IMG/VR virus record: IMGVR_UViG_3300024999_000073
Span: 1 to 64,000 of that record
Reading direction: 5' to 3' (one strand)
Length of the DNA stretch: 64,000 nt
Origin: a virus
In this document: positions 40,143 to 48,582 of the stretch, in pieces
Layout of the letters: each line of letters opens with the position of its first letter
Numbering within the stretch: the stretch's first letter is position 1
Notes under the pieces: model-generated
Databases searched by the model: none
Seen by the model: only the letters and a program-made list of their open reading frames with translations
What the model was told of the DNA's origin: nothing
Translations under genes and position numbers: made by a program

Positions 40143-40667
40143 TTAGTTGAGCTTGTCTTTATCTTCTTCGCGCCGAACGACGTCATTGGCGTGTTTGAGA
40201 GTATTGGCGAGGTTGAGAATCTTGTCCTTGTTCTCGACGAAAAACTGCATTCCACCAACCATTTCCTCGACAAGGAGGCGTCGGGCTTCGTCTTCGTCTT
40301 TGATGCCTTCTTCCCGCATAAAGCGGGCGACATCTTCGTCTGCTCTACGTTGTTCGGCCTCTACGATTCTTTTTCCCTCTTTGCCGAAAACATTCGCGAA
40401 CATCTGGTCGCGTTTCTTGATGGGGATGCCATTGAGATTATCATCGTACCAGACAATGGAAAACGCAGATTCTATCAAATCAGCCTGCACAGCCGCAGCC
40501 GCGGGTCTGTGCGCGTACTCAGGCGAGGCGTCGAACCATGCTTTCAGTTCGACGAGCATTTTGCGGTGGGCATTTTCAATGCCGACCTCGGCGATAGCCT
40601 CGCGATAATTATCTTTGGAGGCGACTGCCGATGGATAGCCATTGACGATCTTCACGATCTTGTTCAT
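40143..40667 (-). CDS. Hypothetical protein
   Basis: Start MNKIV placed by the AAGGAGTCT RBS. Confidence 0.65.
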   Translation of the reverse strand: MNKIVKIVNGYPSAVASKDNYREAIAEVGIENAHRKMLVELKAWFDASPEYAHRPAAAAVQADLIESAFSIVWYDDNLNGIPIKKRDQMFANVFGKEGKRIVEAEQRRADEDVARFMREEGIKDEDEARRLLVEEMVGGMQFFVENKDKILNLANTLKHANDVVRREEDKDKLN

Positions 40668-40683
40668 TGATAGACTCCTTTCT

Positions 40684-40890
40684 TTATCCAATATCAGCCA
40701 ATTGTTGCAGGCGTTCTTCTATCCAACGTCTGCGCAGTGGCAGAACATTATCTCGCGTCAAAGCCGCGAGTTCATTAGTCAGGAAGAACTTTTCCGAGAC
40801 CAGGGACATGTGCAGTAATTCCATGTATGCGGACTGGTATTTTTCTGCAAAGTCCGACCATTGTTGTGGGGTGACATAGTGAACTTGCAT
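40684..40890 (-). CDS. Hypothetical protein
   Basis: AAGGAGTCT RBS. Confidence 0.6.
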   Translation of the reverse strand: MQVHYVTPQQWSDFAEKYQSAYMELLHMSLVSEKFFLTNELAALTRDNVLPLRRRWIEERLQQLADIG

Positions 40891-40891
40891 A

Positions 40892-41833
40892 TCAGACTCC
40901 TTTACTTCTGCAATATTGCAGCCACATAGCCGCCACCTTTGGCGTCTCTATCGAGGCTGCATCTAAGAGGTCAACGCGATCGCGTTTCTCCATAAAGCTG
41001 ATTTCAGTCGGCTCCACGTTATTAGCGTAGAGATCGACGCATACGCGCATTCTTGCCTCCCTCAGGGCGTCGGCTGATAGATACGTTCTACTTGCAAAGA
41101 CCGCATCGAGAATAGCGCAGGCAGTCTTACGGCGCATATTCTTGAGGACAGCGAGGAAGTCGGGGCTATTCTCGATAGTCCTGACAGTTTCGGCTTCTTT
41201 CATATCGGCGAGCAAAGCCGTAGCAGGTGGTGAGTTCTCGCCGTCGACAGGCACCTCGAACAGACCTGAGGCAAAGCGATTGCGTTTCCAGGCTTCGACG
41301 ACGTCGCCATCTGGCAGAGCCAGGGGCGAAAGTTCACCGGGTCTAGAGCGGATTTTAGGGCAGCCGCAGGACGGGCAAGAGACAACGTGATAAGCCTCTT
41401 CCACTTGAGAGCTAATTGCCTCCTCCAAACAAGTGCAGACCCAGGTTTCCTTAGGGCCAGCGGGTCTACCGCGTCGCCCCAATTTATCCTCAATAGCATC
41501 GTGGATATGTTGATCTTCAGCAGACAGCTTGAACTCTTTAGGTTCGGCGTGATACAATTCTACAGTCTGCGCGCCTTCGCCAAGAGCTATCTGATAGACC
41601 TCATGAGCGAGTTGTTCGGACTTGCACAAAAACACACCTTCCTGAAAGACGACGCGGTCGGTTGAGACCGTATTACGTCCGGCGAGATTGACACGGCGTT
41701 GGAGAGGACTGTCCTCGAAGCTGGTTGAATCCTTACGCCGTTTACCGACGTGAAAGCCAGCGATGCGCTTCACGCGGTTATAGAAAGTCGTGGGCGGCTT
41801 CCTGCCGTCCCATTCTATTAGGACTTGCCACAT
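40892..41833 (-). CDS. Hypothetical protein; possible Cas2/VapD-like N-terminus plus zinc ribbon
   Basis: MWQVLIEWD...FYNRV...FQEGVF; CTC...CPSCGC. Confidence 0.45.
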   Translation of the reverse strand: MWQVLIEWDGRKPPTTFYNRVKRIAGFHVGKRRKDSTSFEDSPLQRRVNLAGRNTVSTDRVVFQEGVFLCKSEQLAHEVYQIALGEGAQTVELYHAEPKEFKLSAEDQHIHDAIEDKLGRRGRPAGPKETWVCTCLEEAISSQVEEAYHVVSCPSCGCPKIRSRPGELSPLALPDGDVVEAWKRNRFASGLFEVPVDGENSPPATALLADMKEAETVRTIENSPDFLAVLKNMRRKTACAILDAVFASRTYLSADALREARMRVCVDLYANNVEPTEISFMEKRDRVDLLDAASIETPKVAAMWLQYCRSKGV

Positions 41834-41835
41834 AG

Positions 41836-42195
41836 TTAGACTCCTTCATCGTTTTTGATACGTTCCAATTCATATTGAGCCGTAGTCTTGAGCGGGATGC
41901 CGCGCGCCTGCAAGCCCAGTTGCCAGGCGTCGACAAAGTCTTGTAGGCTTTTTCCAGACTGTTTAGGCATAGCGGGGGCGAACTTATGAGCGTCGGTACG
42001 TTTAGGTCGGATAGCCACGTAGGTAGCGTCATCGATCAAAACCGTAACCAAAGTATAGAGATAGTCATCGATAACCAGCACGCCGGGGCTGAAATCATGG
42101 GCGTCGACGAATTCGCGCACACGTTCAACGGCGTCGATAGAGGCTATCAAAAAAAGATTGCCATGTTTCTTGAGACCATCCAAGATTTCGCTCAT
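41836..42195 (-). CDS. Hypothetical protein
   Basis: 119 aa; overlaps upstream stop. Confidence 0.55.
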   Translation of the reverse strand: MSEILDGLKKHGNLFLIASIDAVERVREFVDAHDFSPGVLVIDDYLYTLVTVLIDDATYVAIRPKRTDAHKFAPAMPKQSGKSLQDFVDAWQLGLQARGIPLKTTAQYELERIKNDEGV

Positions 42196-42425
42196 GGCAT
42201 CTCCGGCATAGAAATCCAGGGGTGTTGATCGTCGTATGTATACGACACAACTTCGAGAGAGATTTTACGACAATTCGGTAGCCACAAACCCGCTATTCTG
42301 TCGAACTGATTGCAGATAGCGATACTTCTATTCGTAAAATCAACAGTTGTTATTGTGATTTCCACAATTTTGACGACACTGCCATCTTTCAGGAAGCAAA
42401 CGGGGTGTTGACTGTAGTCGATCAT
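42192..42425 (-). CDS. Hypothetical protein
   Basis: AAGGAGTCT RBS. Confidence 0.55.
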   Translation of the reverse strand: MIDYSQHPVCFLKDGSVVKIVEITITTVDFTNRSIAICNQFDRIAGLWLPNCRKISLEVVSYTYDDQHPWISMPEMP

Positions 42426-42582
42426 AGCAGACTCCTTTCGTTGAACGTTGATTGAATTGACACCTTGAGTCTATGGCAGATATACGATCTGTCGTAGACG
42501 CCAGGGGGCGAGTCGCGTGTAAAGCGGCTCGCCCATTGCAGTTTACGTCGATTCGCGATTGATCGATTCGTCGTCCTGCGGT

Positions 42583-42639
42583 TCATCCACGTTTCTTCAA
42601 AGCTGACAGCAAGAACAAAATGAACAGCAGGAGTTCCAC
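42583..42639 (-). CDS. 18-aa hydrophobic peptide MELLLFILFLLSALKKRG
   Basis: GAAAGGAGG RBS 6 nt before GTG. Confidence 0.45.
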   Translation of the reverse strand: MELLLFILFLLSALKKRG

Positions 42640-42653
42640 AGTCTACCTCCTTT

Positions 42654-42905
42654 CTATCTTTTCATTAACTCTTCTACATCCTTCGCCAGGGCGACGTAAG
42701 TGCGGCCAAGGCGTTTATGGCCTACTTTTGTAAAGAAGGCTTTATGGAAGGTCAGGATGAGGGTAAAATTTGCGTCTGGATTAGCTTGGATAGCATCTCG
42801 CAGAGCTTGTTCGGCCTTATCGCCATTGCTGTCGAAATCAGCGCTTTCGACCGGGCGGGGCAAAGTAGCGGCCAAAGCTACAAATGTCACTTCGGTATCA
42901 TTCAT
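42654..42905 (-). CDS. Hypothetical protein
   Basis: 83 aa; RBS GGAGG. Confidence 0.6.
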   Translation of the reverse strand: MNDTEVTFVALAATLPRPVESADFDSNGDKAEQALRDAIQANPDANFTLILTFHKAFFTKVGHKRLGRTYVALAKDVEELMKR

Positions 42906-43501
42906 TTAGAACCTCCGTAGAATAGTTTCATAATTTCACCGAATCTATGTTCGTCTTCTTCGGTGATGGGAGTACAAGGTACTTCAGGTGTGGCGTCCGT
43001 GTTGTTCTGTTGTTCTGTCGCTGATCGAGCGAAAGTATTGGCGATCCCACGCAAAGCGCGCTGTTCTAGAGCTTGCATGACGACGCTGATAGACTCGACG
43101 GCAGATGCGGATTGATTATCCGGGCACAACAGAGCCGTTAGAAGTGCAGCCACTGCCCTGACAGCATCTCCTGCACGTGTTTCGTCTTTGGCGACGCCGA
43201 TAGTGACGATAGCCATCGTGCCATGCTCATTGGATGGCACCGTAGCCGCGAAAGAAAGCTCGACTTGTTCCGAGGTAAAGGTTTCAAGGCGAGTGACATT
43301 CTTGTTGTGGATATGGGCGGCGCACAGGAGCTTAATCAGAATGGCTTCCTTGCGTCCATCGGAGTTGCCGGTAAGCACAGCGAAAAGAGCGTCGATAGTT
43401 TCAGCAAAGACACGTGTTTGCTCCTTTTCTTTACTGTTACTACAGTCGCTCACGATTTTGAGGACGCTATCTGAGGTGTCGTACGAGAGATTGATCTTCA
43501 T
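42902..43501 (-). CDS. Hypothetical protein
   Basis: Start MKINL placed by the AAGGAGTCT RBS. Confidence 0.6.
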   Translation of the reverse strand: MKINLSYDTSDSVLKIVSDCSNSKEKEQTRVFAETIDALFAVLTGNSDGRKEAILIKLLCAAHIHNKNVTRLETFTSEQVELSFAATVPSNEHGTMAIVTIGVAKDETRAGDAVRAVAALLTALLCPDNQSASAVESISVVMQALEQRALRGIANTFARSATEQQNNTDATPEVPCTPITEEDEHRFGEIMKLFYGGSK

Positions 43502-43610
43502 AGCAGACTCCTTTCTATGGTAGGTACCGCGGGAAAATGCGGGCGTTATTAAAAAAGGGGTTTTAAGGGGGCATTTTGTCAATTTTTGACTCATGCTCCC
43601 TCACATATTA

Positions 43611-43919
43611 TTAGGCGTCGACTACTTTTACGCCAGGGAAGGCTTCGGCGTACGAGACCTCGTGTTCGGACAGACAGGTCTCGAACAAGTCAATAGCCTC
43701 ATCCTGAGAGACAGGGATGAGCGTGTCCTGTTCGCCCTGCCAGCAGGTGAGATTGACTATGAAGTAATTGCCGTTTGGGGTGCGGTACAGGAATTCATTG
43801 CGCCCGTGACGCTCGAAGTTATGACCGTCCCAGTATGCGTCATGGGCGATCAAAGTCGCCGTTTGGACGCTATAGCGTTTGCGGTCGATTATTCTTACAA
43901 AAGACTTAGGTGCGTGCAT
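43611..43919 (-). CDS. Conserved-type phage early protein (interior of unit 2)
   Basis: IIDRKRY..TATLIA...LYRTPNGNYF. Confidence 0.7.
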   Translation of the reverse strand: MHAPKSFVRIIDRKRYSVQTATLIAHDAYWDGHNFERHGRNEFLYRTPNGNYFIVNLTCWQGEQDTLIPVSQDEAIDLFETCLSEHEVSYAEAFPGVKVVDA

Positions 43920-44080
43920 TACAACATCCTTTCGTTAGTTTGGTCTATGCCTGAATTGGACTGTGCCACTGGATTGAGTATATATCGCTACCGCCAGTTC
44001 GATAGCAGCGACAAGAAGTCGAAAGCATATTTTTGTATTAATCCATAAGCGCCTCCATATTCCAGTATCCGCATGGTGTT

Positions 44081-44109
44081 ATTGTATCACATTTACGAGA
44101 GGTTGTCAA
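44081..44109 (-). promoter_or_regulatory. Sigma70-type early promoter
   Basis: TTGACA-17 nt-TACAAT on the minus strand. Confidence 0.8.
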
Positions 44110-44472
44110 TTTATTGCCAGGTCTGGTTTTGCGGCATAAGCCAGGGGCAGAGGCAAACCACGGATCACGCAGATTACACAGATTTTTCTATTGATGTAGG
44201 TTCAATGTGATGTGGTCTCGAAAGCATGTGCGCCAAAAAATTTCATGTGGTTGATGCTTCTATTAAAGCGAAAAGCCGCCAGGGGTAAAACTGGCGGCTT
44301 TACGTTCCATACGCGAGGCATTTCCCCTGATTTTTGAGACAAAAAAACCGCCGAACCCGTGACCGTGTGGTCTTGGGATCGGCGGCTTTTCGCAAAAGCA
44401 CGCAAAAGCGTCTTACAGCCCCAGTTGGGGCCAAGAGTCGGGCAGGTCCCGACTAGATTACCAGTTAGTCTC

Positions 44473-44832
44473 CTACAGTCCGGCTCCGCGAAGCCTGTCA
44501 ACAATCTCGGCTAACTGCCAGAGGTAATTGTCGGCTTTGAGTGTGGCGCTCATACGTTTGATGGTCTGGAAAGGGACCTGCTTTTTGAGGAATTTATCAA
44601 GCAGGTATGTGACCATAGCTCGAATAGCCACAGAGTCTGTGGCTAGAGTAGCTTTGCGGTTGACCAGCCATTCCTCGCCCCTGGCGAGGATTACGGTATA
44701 GTTCTCGTCCGCCTTCTCATCGAAGGCAACGAAAACGTCGCCGCTTGGGACTTCGCCAACCTGGAAGAAGTCATTCTCGTCAAGGTGCAGCATGGCGAGG
44801 ATGTTGGAGAAGTAGACCGGAGTGGCGTTCAT
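44473..44832 (-). CDS. Hypothetical protein
   Basis: Start MNATP with RBS GAGGAG. Confidence 0.55.
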   Translation of the reverse strand: MNATPVYFSNILAMLHLDENDFFQVGEVPSGDVFVAFDEKADENYTVILARGEEWLVNRKATLATDSVAIRAMVTYLLDKFLKKQVPFQTIKRMSATLKADNYLWQLAEIVDRLRGAGL

Positions 44833-45086
44833 CGTCTCCTCTCCACTGCCAGGGTTCCACCGCCCCTGGCGGCTCGATTCCAAGTTTCAGCGCGCATCAT
44901 AGTCAGCGCCCATTGTCGCTCGGACGCAGGTCTGATGACCAAGTTCCAGTGCCCCTCGCAAGAGGGAAGCACAGAACCGTCACCATCTACACACCATTCC
45001 ACAGATCCTTCGATCCGCGAAATGGCGACGCCGAGGTACCCCGCCCATCGGCGTTTTCCGAAACCGGTTAGGTTCTCAGTTATCAT
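44829..45086 (-). CDS. Hypothetical protein
   Basis: AAGGAGTCT RBS. Confidence 0.5.
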   Translation of the reverse strand: MITENLTGFGKRRWAGYLGVAISRIEGSVEWCVDGDGSVLPSCEGHWNLVIRPASERQWALTMMRAETWNRAARGGGTLAVERRR

Positions 45087-45250
45087 TAGACTCCTTTTGC
45101 CCGTATAGGGCGAATGGGTGCGGCTGGAGTCGGCCAGCCCCGATGAGTAGATTGTCTACCCATGTGCGCCCTGGAGTTTACTGCGGTCACTCCAGCTACT
45201 CCACGTTTGATGACGCAGTGGGATAGCGCATGTCGGTATACAATCGAGAT

Positions 45251-45986
45251 CCGCGGGAAAATGAATCACGACACGAAAAAGGGGTTTTAAGGGGCCTTTT
45301 GAAGGATGAGGGATGAAGGATGAAGGACGACAGGGGAGTCTTAGCGTAGTGCCATTCTTAGAACGATTGTGCTAAGAACGGAGGGATGGAAAGGACAAAC
45401 ATATTATATGAAGGACAATACGCTTGGAGGCGTACAGAATCGGGTATCCTGGGGTAACTGGGGGATTCTGGCGGATACCTGGCGTGATACCGGTATTCTG
45501 GCGGATAATGCCAAATGAGGGAAAAAAGCGCGTCTGTAGAAACTGAGACGACAAAAAGCCTATGATTGGGCTGTTTTATTTGTGCTATAACTCCCGACCC
45601 CTCGCAACGAAGCGCCGGTGTTGCAGGTTCACCATACGTCTATAGAGGATACGACTCGGCTGATATAGCGCAGTGGGCAAGTGCGTGGGCTTGTCTTGCA
45701 CGCTACGCGTGCAGTTTCAAGCCATTAGCCTTGTGCATAAGCAAATATCAGTCATGGTTGTTGAGACAAAGCGGCAATCTGTGGCCGGTGTGCGCCACGC
45801 TGCTATGCGTGTATGATGGTATGTCTCAACAGAGTCGCAGGCAAAGCTAAGACTGTTTTCCTGGGTTCAAGTTCACCAAGCAGGAGTTGGTCGAGGTTGG
45901 GAGCGCCGATGTTAAAGATCGTCTCACGGATGTGAGATCGAGCGATTTCGTCATCTCGGAAAAATTTCATGTGGTTTCAAGTGTGA
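45251..45986 (+). repeat. Fixed-spacing bipartite unit 3
   Basis: CCGCGGGAAAA-N20-GGGTTTTAAGGGG at 45251; TCATGTGGTT at 45967 (+716). Confidence 0.85.
45591..45903 (+). ncRNA. Candidate ~310-nt multi-stem ncRNA
   Basis: Paired termini and at least 8 nested helices; wobble pairs are G-U on the + strand. Confidence 0.6.
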
Positions 45987-46056
45987 GTCGCCACACGTGA
46001 GGGCCGGTGAGACCAGGTGGTCTCATAAGCCCTCACGCGAGGCGTCTTGCTTTTCT

Positions 46057-46072
46057 TAGAACGCCCGTTCTA
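46057..46072. promoter_or_regulatory. LexA/SOS box (GAAC-N4-GTTC)
   Basis: TAGAAC-GCCC-GTTCTA. Confidence 0.6.
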
Positions 46073-46148
46073 GTCTGCCCTGGCGGGCTGTAGGCTATCC
46101 TTGGCGGGCTATTGAGTCAGTGGTAAGGTACAAAAATGAGCTTTAAAC

Positions 46149-46185
46149 CGTTACCCCCTGCGGGTTGGGACCGCAGGGGGTAACG
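46149..46185 (-). terminator. 15-bp GC-rich hairpin downstream of gene 46212-46874
   Basis: CGTTACCCCCTGCGG-N7-CCGCAGGGGGTAACG. Confidence 0.75.
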
Positions 46186-46211
46186 TTGCTATGCAGTTGT
46201 AGAGTCTGGTA

Positions 46212-46874
46212 TTAGCTGGTTGCGGGTGCCAGGCTTGCGCGGATATCCTCAGGCAACGCCAGGACAAACGCCGCGCGCATGGCCTCAGGCAATGCAGCGA
46301 TGGCGGTCTGCATGGCGGAGAGCGTTTCTTCTGCCTTGCTCAGTTTTTCGCTGAGCATGGCTTTCGTCTCGCCCTGCGGAGCATGCTCCGCAGGATACCA
46401 GTCGCGTACCACATGGCTAATCGCCTGGCTAAAAGCCAGGCCAACATTGTGTACCTTGCCTACTTTGGTGACTTGCAGCCCTCCAATGCCCCAGGGTACG
46501 GCGGGCACGTCATTGCCGTTTGCCTTGCTGAGAATCTGCAAAGTTGACTCCTCGATGCCGGGTTCGGTTTTTTTCCAACCCTCATCGGGGGTGATAAGGG
46601 TGAGGCTTGCGTTATGCGCGCCTGAGTCAATGTTGATCTTGCTGATTGACTCAAACCCGTGTGCTGCTTGGCGGAGGCATTCACGCTTGTATGCCTCCAC
46701 GCGTGGAAGGGAAAAGTTGATTGTGGGTGAAACAGTCACTTTCGCCCATGTGCACTTGCCGGTGAGGGTAATCAGGATTGACTCCGCTACGATCGCGGAG
46801 GGTTGTACCTCGGTGGAGGGTCGCGCCTCAATGGGCGCGGGTACGGTTGTCGGGGTAGTGCTTTTTGTGGACAT
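46212..46874 (-). CDS. Hypothetical protein; first gene of the leftward cluster
   Basis: Start MSTKST placed by the AAGGAGTCT RBS. Confidence 0.65.
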   Translation of the reverse strand: MSTKSTTPTTVPAPIEARPSTEVQPSAIVAESILITLTGKCTWAKVTVSPTINFSLPRVEAYKRECLRQAAHGFESISKINIDSGAHNASLTLITPDEGWKKTEPGIEESTLQILSKANGNDVPAVPWGIGGLQVTKVGKVHNVGLAFSQAISHVVRDWYPAEHAPQGETKAMLSEKLSKAEETLSAMQTAIAALPEAMRAAFVLALPEDIRASLAPATS

Positions 46875-47828
46875 TGTTAGACTCCTTTGGGTTATTGGGT
46901 ATGGGTTGCGATAGGGTGAGAGGCTTGACTCAGTGCTACTTTGCGAGTAGCACGGACAGGCCAAACAAGATAAAAAATCCGATCAAAATTAGGTAAATCA
47001 TTTTCGACTCCTTTTGAAATGGGAATGGGTAAGCGCACGCGTAGAGTCTCAATCCACGCGTACATGCTTGCCAATAGGGTGAAAAAATACAACATGGTAC
47101 AATTTTACCCTGTTTGAATTTGTGCCCTTTAAGCGTGAATGATACCCCAACCTGTAGCCAAAATCTGCTTTAATTTGCTATTACCCCCCATCTATGGGGT
47201 ACTGTGCCTTGCCCTATGTTAATGTATTCATGTATTTTATAGATCACTATATGAGTTTTACTCATATAGTGCTACCAGGTGATACTTGGTGATACTGTTT
47301 TTCTCCAATACTCTAATCTTTCGTTCTATGGATTATACGTAGTTTGGCATATCACACCCGTTTTCTTTAACAATCACGCTTTTCTCGATCTTGTGGCTGT
47401 TTGACTCTCGTGTGTGCCTGTGTGCCTGGTACGTCGGCCCTGTGTGCTCCCCTCTTCTGTGTATGCTTGTGACCCTGTGACTCACCGAAACCCGTGAACG
47501 TTCGCACATATCGAACGAGTCATGCCACTATGGTGGCATTGACGCCGCACGCACAGCGCCCGCGCCCGTGCAGACAAGGGAGTCGGAGGCTAGGCCGCCC
47601 ATGCGCATAGCACGAGTTAAAAACCAGGTCGAGAAAGCAAGCAAAGACCCTATAGAACGCCCTTGCGCATAGCGTGAGTCAATTTGGGGGTCAAAAAGCC
47701 AGAAGCGGGTATCACAGATCGCCCTTGTGCGTAGCGTGGATCGATTCTAGCATCAGAAAGGGGAAAGCACAACCTACAGTCGCCCAGAGAAGCAATCGCG
47801 GTAGAAAAGTGAGAGCAAGTCGGGTATA

Positions 47829-48581
47829 ATGAGAGTAGAGGAAGAGAGAATGGCGCAAAGAATAGGTCACGAGGTAAAGGAAGACGGGACACCCGTGTAC
47901 TTAGCGAGCAACGGGAGACCCATCTTACAACCGCAGAAATATAAAGTAGGGAGAGGGGAGTTCAAACGGTCAAAAGCAGATCAAGAGAGAGATCGGGGGA
48001 GGATAGAGGAGCTATATTTAGAGGGAAAGTCACACCAGGAGATAGCGGATATACTTAGTTCAGAGAGAGAATATCCTGTTAGTCGAGCAATCATATCGAA
48101 CGAGACACAGGCGTTACTAAAATATTGGAGAGAGAGAGCAGTCACAGCGACAGAGCAGAAAGTAGCGTTAGAGCTTGCGAAGCTAGACAACCTAGAGAAA
48201 GTGTATTGGGAGGCGTGGGAGAGGTCATTACAGGTACAGAGCATCATAGAGAAGACAGAGCATGATGACAGCGAGGACAGGAGTTTAGGAGAGGAGGAAA
48301 AGGAGGATGGGAGATACAGGAAGGGGAAGAAAAAGCGAGAGAAGCGAGGCGTCAAGACAACCCTACTTACAACCGTAGGAGAGCCAAAGTTCCTGGCTGG
48401 AGTAGAGCGGTGCATACTTTTGCGATTGAAGATATTTGGAGTAGGAGAGACCAAGACCATTACAATCAACTGGAAGAAACAAGCTGAGGATGTGGGCTTG
48501 GATCCAGGAGAGTTGAAACAAGTTTTGATCGGGCATTTCGTAGAAAGTGGAAGGAAAGAATTAGAATCAGGAGAGGAATAA
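47829..48581 (+). CDS. terS: Terminase small subunit (HTH)
   Basis: IEELYLEGKSHQEIA HTH; LAKLDNLE...W; upstream of terL. Confidence 0.75.
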   Translation: MRVEEERMAQRIGHEVKEDGTPVYLASNGRPILQPQKYKVGRGEFKRSKADQERDRGRIEELYLEGKSHQEIADILSSEREYPVSRAIISNETQALLKYWRERAVTATEQKVALELAKLDNLEKVYWEAWERSLQVQSIIEKTEHDDSEDRSLGEEEKEDGRYRKGKKKREKRGVKTTLLTTVGEPKFLAGVERCILLRLKIFGVGETKTITINWKKQAEDVGLDPGELKQVLIGHFVESGRKELESGEE

Positions 48582-48582
48582 C

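Larger units (their letters stand above)
43516..44252 (+). repeat. Fixed-spacing bipartite unit 2
   Basis: CCGCGGGAAAA-N20-GGGTTTTAAGGGG at 43527; TCATGTGGTT at 44243 (+716). Confidence 0.85.

Noticed and set aside
45133-45165. Hammerhead ribozyme (CCGAUGAG plus stem)
   Set aside because: Core is not CUGAUGA and no GAAA follows stem II.
45855-45890. tRNA (GGTTCAAGT resembles a T-loop)
   Set aside because: No cloverleaf or acceptor stem; treated as part of the larger ncRNA candidate.
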